This document shows, piece by piece, positions 61,568 to 64,000 of a stretch of 64,000 nucleotides of DNA. The position numbers and the translations under genes were made by a program. Source of the stretch: Candidatus Thorarchaeota archaeon (GTDB lineage: Archaea > Asgardarchaeota > Thorarchaeia > Thorarchaeales > Thorarchaeaceae). Location: assembly GCA_046482545.1 (NCBI GenBank), contig JAWOEX010000039.1, positions 96,001 to 160,000 of the forward strand, given 5' to 3'. Each line of letters begins with the position of its first letter. Within the stretch, counting starts at the first letter, position 1. The notes below the pieces were generated by a model. It was not told the origin of the DNA and did not search any database. It saw only the letters and a list, made by a program, of their open reading frames with translations.

Positions 61568-61935
61568 ATGGCGTGCAGGACAGGAGGTTTTTTGGTCATT
61601 TGCATGCTTGCCCTGGTAGTCATGCCTCGCGGTACCTCTTCTGCTTCAATGACAACAGAATCAATCAAACAATGACTCTTTTTGGATAAGAGTGTATTTG
61701 ATTATCCTCACAATTACCATGGCCTGATAGAGGGTCTACTGGATGATGAAATCCAAGTTGTTGATGACGTAATACAATAGAGTGTCCTACCTGAATTAAG
61801 GGAAGCCGAGAACACCAAAACAGCTGAAATCCTCAGAGATGGCTATGGATATCTCAGCATCAACTGTGCAAAATATCCATTCCACATAACCGCATTCAGG
61901 AAGACTTTCGCATTTGCAATTGACAGTCATACTCT
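61568..61935 (+). pseudogene. Truncated family 5 substrate-binding protein pseudogene
   Basis: Signal peptide, two in-frame stops, LRDGYGYLSINCAKYPFHITAFRKTFAFAID, then similarity ends. Confidence 0.72.
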
Positions 61936-61995
61936 CTGCAGTGGTCATCCTCCGACTTACATCAGCAAAAGGGATAGAAAAATCTTAGATTGCGC

Positions 61996-63009
61996 TCATT
62001 TGTCGAAAAAGGTTGATTGTAGAGACGCTAGAAGTTCGTTTTCGCTGGCAAAATCTCTCTCCTCTATGGTATCAAAAACCTCTCTCACCTTTATGCTCTC
62101 ATCAGGTTTAATCCAAACCCACCAATCTCCACACTTTGAAAGTATTTCATCTTTGGTGATGGGATATTGTACATCAATTTCTGCCATTACAGCATCAGCG
62201 CCCCAAGAAACTTCTGGGAATTCGTTCTCTCGGAGGTATTGGACAAAACGCCTACAGTCGTTGTGCATCTCATAGTTGTTGAAGAGCACATAGACCATCT
62301 GATTCGCGTATTCCTCACATTTCTCATAGAGTCTCTTCAGGTCATCATTGGTGAATTTGTATCTATACTTCTGTGACCCTAATCCATGCAGTCTGAAGTA
62401 CTTCAGGTCAACATTATCAATCTTTAGCGTTTCACTCTTGAGAGGATCAACCACATTGACAAGCTTGTATTCATCACATAGATCGCTAATGATATCGTCA
62501 GTCCATTCAGCTCCACGGGTCTCCAATGCCAAAGAAAAATCGGCATCGGTGCCTTCCAAAAAATTGCTTAGATTGGATAGATGTTCGTCAGACGGTTCAA
62601 AACTTGAAGGCGTTTGAAGCAAGCAGATGTCGGCAGCCAGTTCTTCACAGATGGCTTTCGTTTCAAGCCATGCATCAAAAACCTCTTCGGTCGGTCTAAA
62701 GGAGCCATAATTGTCCACTTTCCCCTCCTCAACTTCAATGCCTCCTTTGTCATAGGTAGGACTTGAAGGTTCGTGAGTGATTCGTTGATTGGCCTTAACA
62801 ACGAATCTGAAATCAGAATTTACCTCATCGACTAGTTTCCGCCATTTTTGGGCAGTCCTTTTCATTGGCAATTTGTAGAAGGACGAATTCAATTCTAGAA
62901 GAGGATATTCATCCGAATAAGCCTGTATCTTCTGTACGTATTTTTCTTTCCACCCTTCAGGAGGTCGGTAGTATCTATATCCAGAACAACCAGGTACAAT
63001 CTGCGCCAT
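61996..63009 (-). CDS. DUF72 domain protein with C-terminal extra domain
   Basis: GCSGY, ELNSSFY, KANQRITH, LLQTPSSF, YFRLHG, LFNN; start MAQIV 63009. Confidence 0.88.
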   Translation of the reverse strand: MAQIVPGCSGYRYYRPPEGWKEKYVQKIQAYSDEYPLLELNSSFYKLPMKRTAQKWRKLVDEVNSDFRFVVKANQRITHEPSSPTYDKGGIEVEEGKVDNYGSFRPTEEVFDAWLETKAICEELAADICLLQTPSSFEPSDEHLSNLSNFLEGTDADFSLALETRGAEWTDDIISDLCDEYKLVNVVDPLKSETLKIDNVDLKYFRLHGLGSQKYRYKFTNDDLKRLYEKCEEYANQMVYVLFNNYEMHNDCRRFVQYLRENEFPEVSWGADAVMAEIDVQYPITKDEILSKCGDWWVWIKPDESIKVREVFDTIEERDFASENELLASLQSTFFDK

Positions 63010-63299
63010 TACATTCCCTGTTGTATCTTCAACTGCGCACCTAAAATTCCTTTCAAAACGTAAAATAAACAGCAAAATCAAATCAGAGGGAGTTTCCCTC
63101 ATCGAGAATACTAACCAAATGTTATTCTTGGAAATAAAACACCCCAATTAGCTGAATATGTCGTTGCGGCTATTCTCGATATCAATAGCGCAAAAGACCT
63201 GAGTGGAAGAACTAAAGCCCACGAACATGTTTTTGGTGCCATAATCATTAGAATATACAAATCTTGGCAACAAGACATGAATGGAGGAAATATATTCCA

Positions 63300-63426
63300 A
63301 TGAAGACGGACAAAGCCCCTGCTAACTCACGGGCCTACGGGTACCGTGGGAGCGGCGATGCTGGCAGGGGAAGGGTGGAACACAGAAGTTTCATGCAGTT
63401 CCTAGAACTGTAAGAAATGGGTTATC
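63300..63426 (+). ncRNA. Structured repeat element copy C (putative omega-RNA-like scaffold)
   Basis: ggcaggggaagggtggaacacagaagtttca...cagttcctagaactgtaagaaatgggttatc closely matches the reverse complement of copy B. Confidence 0.65.
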
Positions 63427-63535
63427 AAGAAGGGGTAGCACAACACAGGAAAAATGAACTTGAAAACGGTTTGTCTCACTCCTAGGGCATCACTCTTAAG
63501 AATGTGAATGCTCATCATAAACACGGGTTCTCATC

Positions 63536-64000
63536 ATGAGGATGCTTCAAATCCATAGCAACAGCTTTTCGTTTGAGCTTAAAAAGAAAGCTCTGAAAAA
63601 CGCAGAAGAAGTCGAAGATGAGTCTATATCAATCTCAGATTCGTGTTTGGTCAATTTCATTGCTGGCGAAAAGAGTGACAGCACAGATATTGAACTTGTT
63701 TCAGAGAAAACAGCTGAGATGATAGCTGCAGCCGCCGAAGATGTCAATGAGAATAGAATCGTTGTATATCCCTGGGTGCATCTTACTGAGAATCCAAGTC
63801 CCCCACATGTTGCACTCGCGCTTCTCAGAAATGTGGCATCAAAGCTTCGGGACATGGATTATGAAGTCACTAGAGTTCCATTTGGCTGGTACAAGGAATT
63901 CTCTATTCACTGTAAAGGCCATCCATTGGCTGAGAGATCCAAAGTCCTAGATATTTCCAAAGCTGAAGCGCAGACGGAAGTTACCGTTTCAGAGGACCTT
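63536..64000 (+). CDS. thrS: Archaeal threonyl-tRNA synthetase, N-terminal editing domain (runs off window end)
   Basis: Manual translation MRMLQIHS...VYPWVHL...RVPFGWYKEFSIHCKGHPLAERS. Confidence 0.9.
   Translation, partial: MRMLQIHSNSFSFELKKKALKNAEEVEDESISISDSCLVNFIAGEKSDSTDIELVSEKTAEMIAAAAEDVNENRIVVYPWVHLTENPSPPHVALALLRNVASKLRDMDYEVTRVPFGWYKEFSIHCKGHPLAERSKVLDISKAEAQTEVTVSEDL

Noticed and set aside
51866-61935. Stop-codon recoding (Sec, Pyl or an alternative code) to explain in-frame stops
   Set aside because: The interrupting stops are a mix of TGA, TAG and TAA, intact genes end in all three, and the affected frames also show truncation or motif decay.
43979-63265. Shared 12-mer TATACAAATCTT near copies B and C
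   Set aside because: It lies in opposite orientation relative to the two elements and is AT-rich; probably chance.
28551-63426. CRISPR array or tRNA interpretation of the repeats
   Set aside because: Copies are 15-20 kb apart on different strands with no repeat-spacer periodicity, no cas genes and no cloverleaf.
915-63950. Numerous short antisense or overlapping ORFs in the track (e.g. 10390-10911, 46210-46785, 56958-57629, 63547-63855)
   Set aside because: They are shadows of well-supported genes on the other strand or in another frame and have no recognisable motifs.

Overview
Gene-dense archaeal chromosomal window, most likely from an Asgard archaeon and plausibly Thorarchaeia. The lineage is inferred from a Rab-like small GTPase, a PCI-like winged-helix membrane protein, an archaeal-type ThrRS editing domain and C-terminally anchored surface proteins. 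The first 22.6 kb hold tldD/pmbA, an M48 protease and a large amide/amine catabolic and peptide-ABC uptake cluster with Lrp regulators. The middle holds three EamA transporters, a large DNRLRE surface protein, an acyl-CoA ligase/KAS III-like/MaoC operon, a PAS histidine kinase, two convergent polyprenol-kinase-like genes, the GTPase and CopA. The last part holds housekeeping and redox genes and the start of thrS. The main observations outside the ORF track are: (i) three dispersed, diverged copies of a ~125-nt structured non-coding element (28551-28678 -, 43480-43603 -, 63300-63426 +) with compensating stems, swapped GNRA tetraloops, a conserved 3' end and different downstream sequence, resembling standalone TnpB omega-RNA scaffolds; (ii) a two-TM protein whose soluble domain aligns nearly gap-free with ubiquitin, next to a decayed paralog; (iii) a 131-bp MITE with terminal inverted repeats and a target duplication; (iv) at least six pseudogene remnants. 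No rRNA, tRNA or CRISPR array was recognised. All assignments come from reading motifs by eye; no searches were run.
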